Source: Alcanivorax sp. S71-1-4 (GTDB taxonomy: Bacteria; Pseudomonadota; Gammaproteobacteria; Pseudomonadales; Alcanivoracaceae). From it: DNA of 25,171 bases. Below are positions 1-9,204 of the stretch, one piece after another; position 1 is the first letter of the stretch; every line of letters begins with the position of its first letter. Below the pieces are notes generated by a model. It did not search any database. It was not told the origin of the DNA and saw nothing but the letters and a program-made list of their open reading frames with translations. The DNA lies in contig NZ_AQOR01000041.1 of the NCBI RefSeq assembly GCF_009846755.1, forward strand, positions 1 through 25,171, written 5' to 3'. A program made the position numbers and the translations under genes.

Positions 1-2
1 AC

Positions 3-134
3 TTCATTCAGCCGACGCGCTTCGACACCTCCGTGACGCAACATTTCATGGCCGCCTCCGGTATCGTCAGCGCGCCCATCGAACAGGTGCTGCGCGCCAA
101 TGCACAGCAGTACCTGCGCACGCGGGCGGCCTGA
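3..134 (+). CDS. 3' end of an upstream gene (partial, unknown product); translation ...FIQPTRFDTSVTQHFMAASGIVSAPIEQVLRANAQQYLRTRAA*
   Basis: Open frame from window edge to TGA at 132-134 with GC3-rich codon usage like the neighbours. It is absent from the ORF track only because it has no start codon within the window. Confidence 0.35.
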   Translation, partial: FIQPTRFDTSVTQHFMAASGIVSAPIEQVLRANAQQYLRTRAA

Positions 135-258
135 GCGCGCGAACAGGCCCCGGGTTAGTCCTGCCCCGGGGCCTGTGGCATAATGCGCGCCCCATCGCGG
201 CACGCCGGTTTTGATACGGCGGCCTGCCGCGCCCGCCCCGCTGATCCGGTAGAAGACA

Positions 259-1851
259 TTGCTGACCACCGCCAACATCACCATGCAGTTCGGCCCCAAG
301 CCGCTGTTCGAAAATGTGTCCGTCAAATTCGGTGACGGCAACCGCTACGGCCTGATCGGCGCCAACGGCTCCGGCAAGTCCACCTTCATGAAAATCCTCG
401 GCGGTGATCTGGAGCCGAGCGCCGGCAATGTGTCGAAAGCACCGGACGAACGCATCGGCAAGCTGCGCCAGGACCAGTTCGCCTATGAGCAGTACAGCGT
501 GATCGACACCGTGATCATGGGGCATGACGCGCTGTGGAAAGTCAAAGCGGAACGCGACGCCATCTATGCCAAGCCGGACATGACCGAAGAAGACGGTATC
601 CGCGCCGGCGAGCTGGAAGGCGAGTTCGCGGAACTGGACGGCTACACGGCGGAATCCCGCGCCGGCGATCTGCTGATCGGTGTCGGCATTCCGGTGGAAC
701 AGCATTTCGGCCTGATGAGCGAAGTGGCGCCGGGCTGGAAACTGCGCGTGCTGCTAGCGCAGGTGCTGTTTTCCGATCCGGACATCATGTTGCTGGACGA
801 ACCGACCAACAACCTGGATATCAACACCATCCGCTGGCTGGAAGACATCCTCAACCAGCGCCAGTGCACCATGATCATCATTTCCCACGATCGCCACTTC
901 CTGAACAGCGTCTGCACCCACATGGCAGACCTGGACTACGGTGAACTGCGCGTCTACCCCGGCAACTATGACGAGTACATGACCGCCGCCACCCAGGCGC
1001 GCGAGCGGGTGCAGTCGGACAACGCAAAGAAAAAAGCACAGATCGCGGAGCTGCGCACATTTGTCAGCCGTTTCTCCGCCAACGCGTCGAAATCACGCCA
1101 GGCGACCTCACGCGCCAAGCAGATCGACAAGATCAAGTTGGAAGAAATCAAGCCGTCCAGCCGCCAGAACCCGTACATCATTTTCGAGCAGGACAAGAAA
1201 CTGTTCCGCAACGCGCTGGAAGTGAAAGGGCTGGCCAAACAGTTTGAAGGGGAAGCCCTGTTCAGCGGGCTGGACCTGACCGTGGAAGTAGGCGAGCGCA
1301 TCGCCATCATCGGCGCCAACGGCGCCGGCAAATCAACACTGATGCGCTGCCTGGTCGGTGACCTGACCCCGGACGCCGGCGAGATCAAATGGTCGGAAAA
1401 CAGTGCGCTGGGCTATTACGCCCAGGATCACGCTGCCGATTTTGTCGAACCGCTGCACCTGATCGACTGGATGAACCAGTGGGGCAAGCCCAGCGACGAT
1501 GAACAGATCATTCGCGGCACGCTGGGCCGGCTGCTGTTCACCCAGGATGACATTGCCAAGACCGTGAACGTACTCTCCGGCGGCGAGCAGGGCCGCATGC
1601 TGTTCGGCAAGATCATGCTGCAACGGCCGAACATCATGCTGCTGGACGAGCCGACCAACCACCTGGACATGGAATCCATCGAGTCACTCAACCTGGCGCT
1701 GGAAAACTATCCCGGCACGCTGCTGTTCGTCAGCCATGACCGCGAGTTCGTGTCTTCGCTGGCGACGCGCATCATCGAACTGACGCCTACCGGCATCGTC
1801 GATTTCCACGGCGCCTACGAAGACTACCTGCGCAGCCAGGGCGTGGCCTGA
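259..1851 (+). CDS. ybiT: ABC-F family ATPase (tandem ABC domains, no TM), YbiT-like
   Basis: 530 aa. Two Walker A motifs ([18 protein letters not shown]), two LSGG signatures and an inter-domain linker. Near-colinear with E. coli YbiT from its N-terminus ([12 protein letters not shown]...). TTG start at 259. Confidence 0.9.
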   Translation: MLTTANITMQFGPKPLFENVSVKFGDGNRYGLIGANGSGKSTFMKILGGDLEPSAGNVSKAPDERIGKLRQDQFAYEQYSVIDTVIMGHDALWKVKAERDAIYAKPDMTEEDGIRAGELEGEFAELDGYTAESRAGDLLIGVGIPVEQHFGLMSEVAPGWKLRVLLAQVLFSDPDIMLLDEPTNNLDINTIRWLEDILNQRQCTMIIISHDRHFLNSVCTHMADLDYGELRVYPGNYDEYMTAATQARERVQSDNAKKKAQIAELRTFVSRFSANASKSRQATSRAKQIDKIKLEEIKPSSRQNPYIIFEQDKKLFRNALEVKGLAKQFEGEALFSGLDLTVEVGERIAIIGANGAGKSTLMRCLVGDLTPDAGEIKWSENSALGYYAQDHAADFVEPLHLIDWMNQWGKPSDDEQIIRGTLGRLLFTQDDIAKTVNVLSGGEQGRMLFGKIMLQRPNIMLLDEPTNHLDMESIESLNLALENYPGTLLFVSHDREFVSSLATRIIELTPTGIVDFHGAYEDYLRSQGVA

Positions 1852-1878
1852 GCACGCTGCCGGCGGCACGTACGTCGC

Positions 1879-2952
1879 TCAGTCCGCCAGGCCAAGGAAG
1901 CGGAACGGCTCGGCCTGACGGAATGCGCCGGTGGCATTGCCGGAATAGGTATGGTCCTGTTCCGGCCCCAGGTCCAGCTTCATGACCTTGCCGGTATCCG
2001 CAGAAAAATCGATCGCCTTGAGATCGACCCAGAAGGTATTGGGTGTCAGCGCCGATTCGAAAAAGTAGAGCAGGCGCTGATGGTCTGCCACCGTGCGCCA
2101 GCGCGTGGAGGAAATGTTCGGCTGGTCCGGCGTGGCAATGCCGTACGGCACCGACACATTGCGGATCACGCTGAACACACTGGCCAGCGCACGGTCAGGG
2201 TCGTCGTCCTTCGGAATCGCGTTCACATAAAATGCCGCGCGCGCAAAACGGTCGGCGGCACGGTTGGTGCCCGGCAGCATCACGGTGCCACCGATCTGTT
2301 GCCAGTAGGTATTGAGCGCCAGTTGCTCCTCGAAAATCGGCGAGTTGGTCATTACCTGGTAATCGCGGCTGTGGTGGATCACCTGCTTGCCGCCAATGTA
2401 TTCGATAATGGCACTGTCACCGCTGGCGTCAGACATCGACAGATGCAGGGTCGCCAGCCGGTTTTCGCCCGGCACCTTGTCGGTGACAAGGGTGAACGGC
2501 TCACGGCGTAACGCGTTCACGGCCTCGTCCACGGTGGCGAAATTGTCCAGCACATATTGCGCCCAGGCGGCGAGCGTCAGGCCCGGCTTGCTGCGCCGGT
2601 TGAACTCGGGGTATTCGGACTCCACCAGCCACAGGACGTTGACCATCAGCCCCGCCTCGTTCAGGCCGTCGGTGGTGGAAATGTCGTAGCCGGTGGCGAT
2701 CACGCTGCCGTAGCGGGAGGTCCAGCGCAGCGAGTTGGGCCCGCTTTCACCGGTGCGGGCCATACCGCGCGGGAATGCCCACAGGTGCGTGGCAACGTCG
2801 GTTTTCCAGTCCATGGAACGGGCGGTGATGATATGGCCGTCCACGCCGTGGTAGACCAGCCGGGTGCAGGCTTGCGCCACCGGCCAGGCCAGCGCGCAGA
2901 ACAGGGCAAACAGCAGGATCAGCAGTCGGTCAGAAACGGGACGGTGCAGCAT
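1879..2952 (-). CDS. secreted Ntn hydrolase of the choloylglycine hydrolase / penicillin V acylase (linear amide C-N hydrolase) family
   Basis: 357 aa. Signal peptide ending AQA immediately followed by Cys (CTRLVY), the N-terminal nucleophile of this family. GAAGGAG RBS 8 nt upstream of ATG at 2952. Confidence 0.75.
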   Translation of the reverse strand: MLHRPVSDRLLILLFALFCALAWPVAQACTRLVYHGVDGHIITARSMDWKTDVATHLWAFPRGMARTGESGPNSLRWTSRYGSVIATGYDISTTDGLNEAGLMVNVLWLVESEYPEFNRRSKPGLTLAAWAQYVLDNFATVDEAVNALRREPFTLVTDKVPGENRLATLHLSMSDASGDSAIIEYIGGKQVIHHSRDYQVMTNSPIFEEQLALNTYWQQIGGTVMLPGTNRAADRFARAAFYVNAIPKDDDPDRALASVFSVIRNVSVPYGIATPDQPNISSTRWRTVADHQRLLYFFESALTPNTFWVDLKAIDFSADTGKVMKLDLGPEQDHTYSGNATGAFRQAEPFRFLGLAD

Positions 2953-3046
2953 GCGGGAAGCTCCTTCTCCGGGGGTCTGCGGTAGCGTACCCCGATTCCG
3001 GGAAGGGCGAAATCACGCCGCCGCGCGGGCACGCGGCGGCGGAGGA

Positions 3047-3376
3047 TCAGTCCAGATCGTCGAGCGTCACGTCCAGGTCCTGCTTCGCGACGTTCACACC
3101 CCAGAAGGTGTAGGTATCTTCATCCTCATCGATCAGACGCACATCAAACAGCGGTGAATCGTAACCCCGCAGGGTAATCCGCACGCTGGCGCCATCCTCG
3201 AGAATATCCTTACCCAGCACGTCCTCTTCCCATTCATCGGAATGTTCCGGGCTGACATAGGCATACAGGATATCAAAGCCGGTGCTGTTGGTGATGGTCA
3301 GAAAATAATTGTCTGCCTGGGCGTGCGCCGCCAGCAACAGTGACAGACACAGCCCGAAGAACCATTTCAGGCGCAT
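3047..3376 (-). CDS. small secreted acidic protein of unknown function
   Basis: 109 aa. Clear signal peptide (MRLKWFFGLCLSLLLAAHAQA), very acidic mature part. GGAGGG RBS 5 nt upstream of the ATG. Divergent from the MCP gene. Confidence 0.6.
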   Translation of the reverse strand: MRLKWFFGLCLSLLLAAHAQADNYFLTITNSTGFDILYAYVSPEHSDEWEEDVLGKDILEDGASVRITLRGYDSPLFDVRLIDEDEDTYTFWGVNVAKQDLDVTLDDLD

Positions 3377-3601
3377 ACATAACCCTCCATTGTTTCCTTT
3401 TAAATGTTTCCTGATAAATCAAGAACCCCGATCAAACCCTGCCAAGGATACCCAAAGTCCCCGGCGAGAGCATCAGGTTCGCCCGAATCCGGCGTCCGTA
3501 CCAGTGTCGCTGTGTAAACCGGCCGGGCCACCGGTCGGACCAGCTCAATCTCACCGGCGGCCAGCCGATAACCCGCTCAACAACCACCGCAAGGAACGGG
3601 C

Positions 3602-5152
3602 ATGCAATCACTGACCATGGCCAGAAAGCTCTGGGCCGCCCTTGGCATCACCTGGCTGGCAATACTGCTCCTGATGGGCTGGATGAACTGGCAGAACCGT
3701 CAGACCATCCAGCAGGAACGGCAGGACACCCTGCGGCATATGGTCAGTGCGGCGCAGCACCAGCTCGCCGCGCTGTCTGAGCAGGCACAGCGCGGCGAGC
3801 TGTCGATCGACGCGGCCCAGGCGCGCGGCCGGGAGGCCATCGCCAGCATCCGTTTCGGTGACGGCGACTACCTGTTCGCCTTCGACCCGGCCATGCGCAT
3901 CCTCGTGCATCCGGTATTCGAGCGTGGCACAGACATGAGCGACTACCAGGACGCCGGCGGCAACAGAGTCTTTCACCTACTGATGGACGTGGTGCGCAAA
4001 CAGGGCAATGGTTTCGTGTCCTATCTCACCACCCGCGCCGGCGGCGAGGATGAACTCTCGAAGCTCACCTATATGGACGTCTACGCCCCCTGGGACTGGT
4101 ACATCGGCACCGGCGTCTACCTGGACGATATCGACGCGGCATTTCGCACGTCGCTGCTGCGCTCGCTGATGATCCTGCTGGTGATTGGCGTACCGATGAC
4201 ACTGCTGATGGGCTGGATCATCCGCGACACCACCCGTCGCCTCGGCGGCGACCCCACCTATGCCGCCAGGATAGTGCGCTACATCGCCGACGGCGACCTC
4301 ACCCGTAGCACGCAGCTTTCTGCAAGCGACCGCGACAGCCTGCTGTTCCATATCAACCGCATGCGCGAAAGCCTGCTCGACATCCTTCGCGCCATCCTGC
4401 ACAGCGCCGATGACGTCAACAGCGCCGTGCTGGATATCCGCAGCGGCAACGACGAACTCGCCACGCGCACCGAGCAGCAGGCCGCTTCGCTGGCGGAAAC
4501 CGCCAGCAGCATGGAGCAGATCACCGCCACGGTGAAACAGAACGCCGACCATGCCGACCACGCCCGGCGCCTCGCTGGCGCCACCGAAGATCGTGCGCGT
4601 GCCGGACGCAGCGCAATGGAACAGGTGATCGAACTGATGCAGGCCATCACCCAGAGCGCCCGCCAGATGAGCAGCATCGTCGACACTATCGACGGCATCG
4701 CCTTCCAGACCAACATCCTGGCACTGAATGCCTCGGTGGAAGCCGCCCGAGCCGGCGAACAGGGGCGGGGATTTGCCGTGGTCGCCAGCGAAGTGCGCAA
4801 TTTGGCCAGCCGTTCCGCCGAGGCGGCGCGGGAAATCAAGACACTGATCGAAGGCGCCCACGCGCAGGTGACGCAGGGCAGCCGGCAGGTACAGGACACC
4901 GGCGACATCATTGCCGGCATGAGCCAGGACATGACCCAACTGAACACGCTGATCAGCGAAATTTCCACTGCCTCGACGGAACAGAGCCACGGTATCGGGC
5001 AGGTCAATCAGGCCGTGACACAGATGGATCAGATGACGCAGCAGAATGCATCGCTGGTGCAGGCCAGCAGCCAGGCGTCGGAAAAACTGGCCGCACTGAG
5101 CAACGCCATGCGCGAACGCGCCAGCCACTTTACCGGGGCCGACGGACCCTGA
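3602..5152 (+). CDS. methyl-accepting chemotaxis protein with periplasmic single-Cache (sCache_2-like) sensor, HAMP and MA signalling domain
   Basis: 516 aa. TM1 (WAALGITWLAILLLMGW), periplasmic region with Cache-like motif (YMDVYAPWDWYIGTGVYLDDID), TM2, HAMP, then the highly conserved MCP signalling region (FAVVASEVRNLASRSAEAAREIK). AGGAA RBS. Confidence 0.9.
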   Translation: MQSLTMARKLWAALGITWLAILLLMGWMNWQNRQTIQQERQDTLRHMVSAAQHQLAALSEQAQRGELSIDAAQARGREAIASIRFGDGDYLFAFDPAMRILVHPVFERGTDMSDYQDAGGNRVFHLLMDVVRKQGNGFVSYLTTRAGGEDELSKLTYMDVYAPWDWYIGTGVYLDDIDAAFRTSLLRSLMILLVIGVPMTLLMGWIIRDTTRRLGGDPTYAARIVRYIADGDLTRSTQLSASDRDSLLFHINRMRESLLDILRAILHSADDVNSAVLDIRSGNDELATRTEQQAASLAETASSMEQITATVKQNADHADHARRLAGATEDRARAGRSAMEQVIELMQAITQSARQMSSIVDTIDGIAFQTNILALNASVEAARAGEQGRGFAVVASEVRNLASRSAEAAREIKTLIEGAHAQVTQGSRQVQDTGDIIAGMSQDMTQLNTLISEISTASTEQSHGIGQVNQAVTQMDQMTQQNASLVQASSQASEKLAALSNAMRERASHFTGADGP

Positions 5153-5160
5153 CCAGGAAA

Positions 5161-5200
5161 GCGAAAAAAAACGCGCCACCGGCATGCCGATGGCGCGTTG
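5161..5200. terminator. rho-independent terminator hairpin (A-tract / 11-bp stem / T-tract on minus strand) shared by convergent MCP and SPFH genes
   Basis: aaaaaaaACGCGCCACCGgcatgcCGATGGCGCGT. On the minus strand the stem is followed by TTTTTTT directly after the SPFH stop (5201). Confidence 0.65.
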
Positions 5201-6352
5201 TCAGCCGGCCACACTACGCAGCTTGACCAGTTCGTTCATCAGACCGTCCAGACCGCCGTACACGGAGATCCGGTCGATCCGGCCAGTGACACGTTCCAGC
5301 GCTTCCAGCTCTTTCAGCCGCATCAGCACCGGGCTGTTCTCCATCATCTTTGCCGTGTTGTGCAGCGAGCGCATCGCCTGGGTTTCTTCGCGGCGGCGAA
5401 TCAGGTTGGCTTCCGCCTCTTTCTGCGCCTGCACCACCTGGTTCAGGATCTCTTTCATTTCACCCGGCAGGATGATGTCTTTCACGCCGACACTCAGCAG
5501 GCCGATGCCGACGTCGGCCAGCGCGTCACTGGCCGACGCCAGCAATGCGCCGTTGAGCGCATCCTTCTGCTCAAGCAGCTCATCCAGCGAGCGCGTGCCC
5601 ACCGCTTCGCGCAACGCGAGTTGCAGTACGCGATACGTGTAGGCGGCCGCATCTTTCAGCATTGAAGCCAGCTTGCGCACATCGGTCACCTGATAGCTGG
5701 CCGACAGGTTCAGGCGCAGGGATACCCGATCACGCGTCAGGATTTCCTGGCCGCTCACCTCGGCTTCGGTCACACGCAGGTCCACCAGCGTCACATCCAC
5801 TGAGCGGCCCACTTGCCAGTAACCGTAGCTGCCGGCGTCCAGCACTGCCTGCAAGCCACCGTTGACCCGCAACAGGCCCACATGCCGCTCCGGCACATCA
5901 ATGCTGTACACCAGCGCACGGGCTTTCTGCAGCAACGGCACATTCAGGCTCTTGCACAGCGGGCCGAGCAGCGCGGCCGGCAGCGCCAGATCCTGCGCAA
6001 CATCGATCACGTCAACACGCAACGCATCGACATGCCGCCACAGCACGATTTCGCTGGCCGGCGGCAGCAGGTCCATCAGTTTGCCGTCGCGATAGATCAG
6101 GGCCACCTGCGTATCGCCAGTCGCATAACGCACCAGATGCTCCTGCAGTGAGGCGTGCTCGCGCATCAGGTACTTGGTGTCCGGGCGCGCCATCACCAGG
6201 TCACTGATGCAGTAACGTTCCAGCGTGACCTTGCCGCGCAGCAGGCTGACGCGATGGCGGCCCGGCAACAACAATTTTTCATAACGGCCGCGATGCCACA
6301 GCAACACACGTTGCTGGTCGGCGACATCCACCGTCCTCCAGAGTTTCATCAT
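5201..6352 (-). CDS. SPFH / band-7 (stomatin-prohibitin-like) domain protein with ~190-aa N-terminal extension
   Basis: ORF 5201..6553. I place the start at the ATG at 6352 (MMKLWRTV...) because a GGGAG RBS lies 7 nt upstream. C-terminal half has a typical band-7 core (LVDLRVTEAEVSGQEILTRDRVSLRLNLSASYQV...) and a coiled-coil tail. Confidence 0.75.
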   Translation of the reverse strand: MMKLWRTVDVADQQRVLLWHRGRYEKLLLPGRHRVSLLRGKVTLERYCISDLVMARPDTKYLMREHASLQEHLVRYATGDTQVALIYRDGKLMDLLPPASEIVLWRHVDALRVDVIDVAQDLALPAALLGPLCKSLNVPLLQKARALVYSIDVPERHVGLLRVNGGLQAVLDAGSYGYWQVGRSVDVTLVDLRVTEAEVSGQEILTRDRVSLRLNLSASYQVTDVRKLASMLKDAAAYTYRVLQLALREAVGTRSLDELLEQKDALNGALLASASDALADVGIGLLSVGVKDIILPGEMKEILNQVVQAQKEAEANLIRRREETQAMRSLHNTAKMMENSPVLMRLKELEALERVTGRIDRISVYGGLDGLMNELVKLRSVAG

Positions 6353-6612
6353 CACACTACTCCCTGTTTCGTTATCACTTTCGTCAGGTGGAACCTGCCC
6401 GCCGCGCGGCGGCGGACGGTCTGGGTCACCGGGGTGAACGCCAGCTTGCCGGCTCACAGGCAGTGGCCGGTGTTGAACGGATCGGCAATCACGGCCAGGC
6501 CAGTTCATTGCACACACCGCTCTCCACCGGCGTACCTGTGTCACGCCAGTCACCAGCCACCGTCAGCGGCCAGCGCGGCGGACAGGCTCCGGGTTTGAGA
6601 TTTTTTGCATGG

Positions 6613-6660
6613 GTAACCGCCATGTGGGGAGTCGAACCCCGGCCCTCCGGCCTTCCCTGT
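6613..6660 (-). other. tRNA 3'-half-like fragment (T-arm GGGGTTCGACTCCCC plus pseudo-acceptor) with no matching 5' half
   Basis: Minus-strand read: GAAGGCCGGAGGGCCGGGGTTCGACTCCCCACATGGCGG. Canonical T-loop TTCGACT flanked by GGGG/CCCC. No complementary acceptor 5' strand upstream. Confidence 0.4.
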
Positions 6661-6678
6661 CGCTACGTGCTGTAGCAG

Positions 6679-6750
6679 GTGCTATCACGGGACTCGAACC
6701 CGTGGCCCGCAGGCATGGCCTGCTGCTCTACCCGGCTGAGCTAGATAGCC
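6679..6750 (-). tRNA. tRNA-like gene, anticodon region CAT, but irregular: G1·A72 mismatch, 5-nt anticodon loop, no encoded CCA. Possible pseudo-tRNA or integration-site remnant.
   Basis: Minus strand: GGCTATC-TA-GCTC-AGCCGGGTA-GAGC-A-GCAGG-CCATG-CCTGC-GGGCC-ACGGG-TTCGAGT-CCCGT-GATAGCA-C. D-arm, variable loop and T-arm are canonical. Anticodon stem is perfect but the loop is only 5 nt. Confidence 0.45.
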
Positions 6751-6910
6751 TGTTCGCGCCGCAATGACGACCGGTACACGGCCAGCCAGGGGCCGCCGCG
6801 CCAGGCTGGTACAGAACCAGCGCCGCTGTTCGCCATCGACAACGTCGAACCTGTTTGCGGAACAGGGCGCGCGCCCTGCTCCGGCATCTGTGTGCGCATG
6901 ACGCGCAGGC

Positions 6911-6948
6911 AAAAAAAAGCCCGGAAGGTTTTGCCTTCCGGGCTTTTT
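6911..6948. terminator. bidirectional rho-independent terminator (A8 - 10-bp stem GCCCGGAAGG/CCTTCCGGGC - T5); not adjacent to any CDS
   Basis: aaaaaaaaGCCCGGAAGGttttgCCTTCCGGGCttttt. A sequence-related second hairpin follows at 6958-6979. Confidence 0.6.
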
Positions 6949-6957
6949 CAGATGCAA

Positions 6958-6979
6958 CCGGGAAGGCAGCGCCTTCCCG
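6958..6979. repeat. second REP-like hairpin (CCGGGAAGGC agc GCCTTCCCG), related in sequence to the preceding terminator stem
   Basis: Shares the CCGGGAAGG / CCTTCCCGG core with the 6919-6943 stem. Tandem related palindromes. Confidence 0.45.
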
Positions 6980-7285
6980 ACTGAAAGACGCACGTTTAAC
7001 GCTGTACTGCCACCTCATTCATGGCGCACGGCCGCACACCGCTGTCGATGCAGCGTGGCTGGCTGTGCTGGATTACCGTGTGTCTTTGCATAATGTGTTG
7101 ATCACTGTGCTGGTAAAAATCAGGGCGGCAAGAATACGCCTGGCGTGTAAGTTGTCAACCATAAAACGCTGATCAATTTCAAACAGCAGTTTGATTTTTC
7201 CGTCCGGACCGCCACCGCGACGCTTGATGCGCCTCGGCAAAACAGGCAACCTCGCCAGGTCTTCCGTCAGCCAGGACCCGGTCCC

Positions 7286-8434
7286 ATGCTCCGCAGCAAA
7301 CTGCCCGACCTGGGCATCACTATCTTTACCCGCATGACGCAACTGGCGCAGGAAACCGGCGCCATCAATCTGTCGCAGGGCTTCCCCGACTTTGCGCCGC
7401 CGGCCGCGTTGCTGGAGGCTGCCGCCCGGCATCTGCGCGACGGACAGAACCAGTACGCGCCGATGATCGGCATCGCTCCGTTGCGCGAACAAGTGGCACG
7501 CCAGATTGCCCGGCGTCATGGACGGCAGCTCGACAGCCAGCACGAAGTCACCATCGTGCCCGGCGCCACCGAGGCGCTGTTCTGCGCCATCCAGGCGCTG
7601 GTGCAACCGGGTGACGAGGTGATCCTGCTCGACCCCAGCTACGACAGTTACGCCCCCGCCGTCCACCTGGCCGGTGGGCGGTGCGTACACGTGCCCCTGC
7701 AACAACCGGATTTCTCGATCGACTGGCAGCGGTTGCAGGAGGCGTTCTCGCCACGTACCCGGCTGCTGGTCATCAACTCGCCGCACAACCCCAGCGGCGC
7801 ACTCATCACCCGCGCCGATCTGGACCGGCTCGCGGCGCTGCTGCGTGACACCCATGCCCTGCTGCTCTCCGACGAGGTCTACGAGCATCTGATCTACGAT
7901 GGCGCACAGCATGCCAGCGTGCTCGCGCACGACGAGCTGTACCCGCGTGCCCTGGTGGTCAGTTCGTTCGGCAAGACGTACCACGTCACGGGCTGGAAAA
8001 CCGGCTACGTGGCCGCGCCACCGACGCTCACCGCCGAGCTGCGCAAGGTGCACCAGTTCGTCAGTTTCTGTGGCGTGACACCGTTACAGCATGCCCTGGC
8101 GGACTTCATGGCCGCGCACCCGGAACATCTCGACGAGCTGCCACATTTTTATCAGGCCAAGCGCGACCTGTTCTGCCAGCTGATCGGGCCCTCGCCCCTG
8201 CGCCATGTGCCGACACCCGGCACCTATTTCCAGCTTGCCGATTACCGCGCCATCCGCGACGATCTGGACGACGTGGCGATGGCCGAGTGGCTCACCCGTG
8301 AAGCCGGCGTGGCGGCCATCCCGATTTCCGTGTTCTACCGCGAACCGCCGAAGGGCCTGCGCCTGGTCCGCTTCTGCTTCGCCAAACAGGACCAGACCCT
8401 GCAACAGGCTGCCGAGAGGTTGTGTGCGCTATGA
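7286..8434 (+). CDS. ybdL: PLP-dependent aminotransferase, methionine aminotransferase YbdL-like
   Basis: 382 aa, colinear with E. coli YbdL from the N-terminus (SKLPDLGITIFTRMTQLAQETGAINLSQGFPDF...). PLP lysine context SSFGKTYHVTGWKTGY. Confidence 0.9.
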   Translation: MLRSKLPDLGITIFTRMTQLAQETGAINLSQGFPDFAPPAALLEAAARHLRDGQNQYAPMIGIAPLREQVARQIARRHGRQLDSQHEVTIVPGATEALFCAIQALVQPGDEVILLDPSYDSYAPAVHLAGGRCVHVPLQQPDFSIDWQRLQEAFSPRTRLLVINSPHNPSGALITRADLDRLAALLRDTHALLLSDEVYEHLIYDGAQHASVLAHDELYPRALVVSSFGKTYHVTGWKTGYVAAPPTLTAELRKVHQFVSFCGVTPLQHALADFMAAHPEHLDELPHFYQAKRDLFCQLIGPSPLRHVPTPGTYFQLADYRAIRDDLDDVAMAEWLTREAGVAAIPISVFYREPPKGLRLVRFCFAKQDQTLQQAAERLCAL

Positions 8435-9204
8435 ATGATCTGACGCTGGCGCTGGTGCAGACCACCCTGCACTGGGAAGACCACACCGCCAACCTGAGCG
8501 ATTTCGATGCGCTGCTGCCGGCTGCACAAGGCGCCGATGTGGTGATCCTGCCGGAAATGTTCACCACCGGTTTTTCCATGGCGCCGGAGCGGCTGGCCGA
8601 AGCCGCTGACGGCCCGACCCGCGACTGGCTGCTCGGCCACGCCCGCGCACTGGATGCCGCCATCACCGGCAGCGTGATCGTGCGCACCGACAGCGGCCAG
8701 TACGTCAACCGCCTGTACTGGGCGCAGCCGGACGGCACCCTGCTGCATTACGACAAACGCCACCTGTTCCGCATGGCCGGCGAACACGAACACTATGCCG
8801 CCGGCACGCAGCAGCTTGCGCTCACCTGGCGCGGCTGGCGCATTCGTCCACTGATCTGCTACGACCTGCGGTTCCCGGTGTGGAGCCGCGCCAGCGACAC
8901 CGACCTGCTGTTGTACGTCGCCAACTGGCCGGCGCCACGCCGACTGCACTGGCTGCGCCTGCTGGCCGCCCGCGGCATCGAGAACCTGTGCTACAGCGTC
9001 GGCGTCAACCGCATCGGCGACGACGGCAAGGGCGTGCCACACAGCGGCGATTCGGTGGTGTGTGATTTCCAGGGCGAGACCCTGCTCGACGCTGAAAGCG
9101 AAGACGGTGTATTCCACACCACACTGTCTGCCAGCGCGCTGCAACAGTATCGCGAACGCTTCCCGGCGTGGCGCGACGCCGACCGCTTTACCCTCACGCC
9201 GTGA
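8431..9204 (+). CDS. yafV: carbon-nitrogen hydrolase (nitrilase superfamily), omega-amidase YafV-like
   Basis: ATG at 8431 overlaps the ybdL stop (ATGA). Nit-family motifs ([11 protein letters not shown], ...[17 protein letters not shown]..., [13 protein letters not shown]) matching E. coli YafV. Confidence 0.85.
   Translation: MNDLTLALVQTTLHWEDHTANLSDFDALLPAAQGADVVILPEMFTTGFSMAPERLAEAADGPTRDWLLGHARALDAAITGSVIVRTDSGQYVNRLYWAQPDGTLLHYDKRHLFRMAGEHEHYAAGTQQLALTWRGWRIRPLICYDLRFPVWSRASDTDLLLYVANWPAPRRLHWLRLLAARGIENLCYSVGVNRIGDDGKGVPHSGDSVVCDFQGETLLDAESEDGVFHTTLSASALQQYRERFPAWRDADRFTLTP

Noticed and set aside
3977-5185. 402-aa ORF antisense to the MCP gene. Similar long antisense ORFs at 67-705, 7073-8053, 8335-9144, 16290-17222, 20796-21671 and 21900-22607.
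   Set aside because: All lie opposite genes with strong homology-level or motif support. They have Arg/Ala/Gly/Pro-rich, low-complexity translations typical of stop-codon-poor frames in ~65% GC DNA, with no RBS or start context.
6601-6626. T6 + CATGG...CCATG hairpin as a terminator
   Set aside because: The U-tract precedes rather than follows the stem on the plus strand, and an A-tract follows it on the minus strand. It works as an intrinsic terminator in neither orientation.
6590-6760. Possible tmRNA (ssrA) because of the tRNA-like T-arms
   Set aside because: The region is far too short (~170 nt), has no resume-codon/tag-peptide reading frame and no pseudoknot series. Interpreted instead as tRNA-like remnants.
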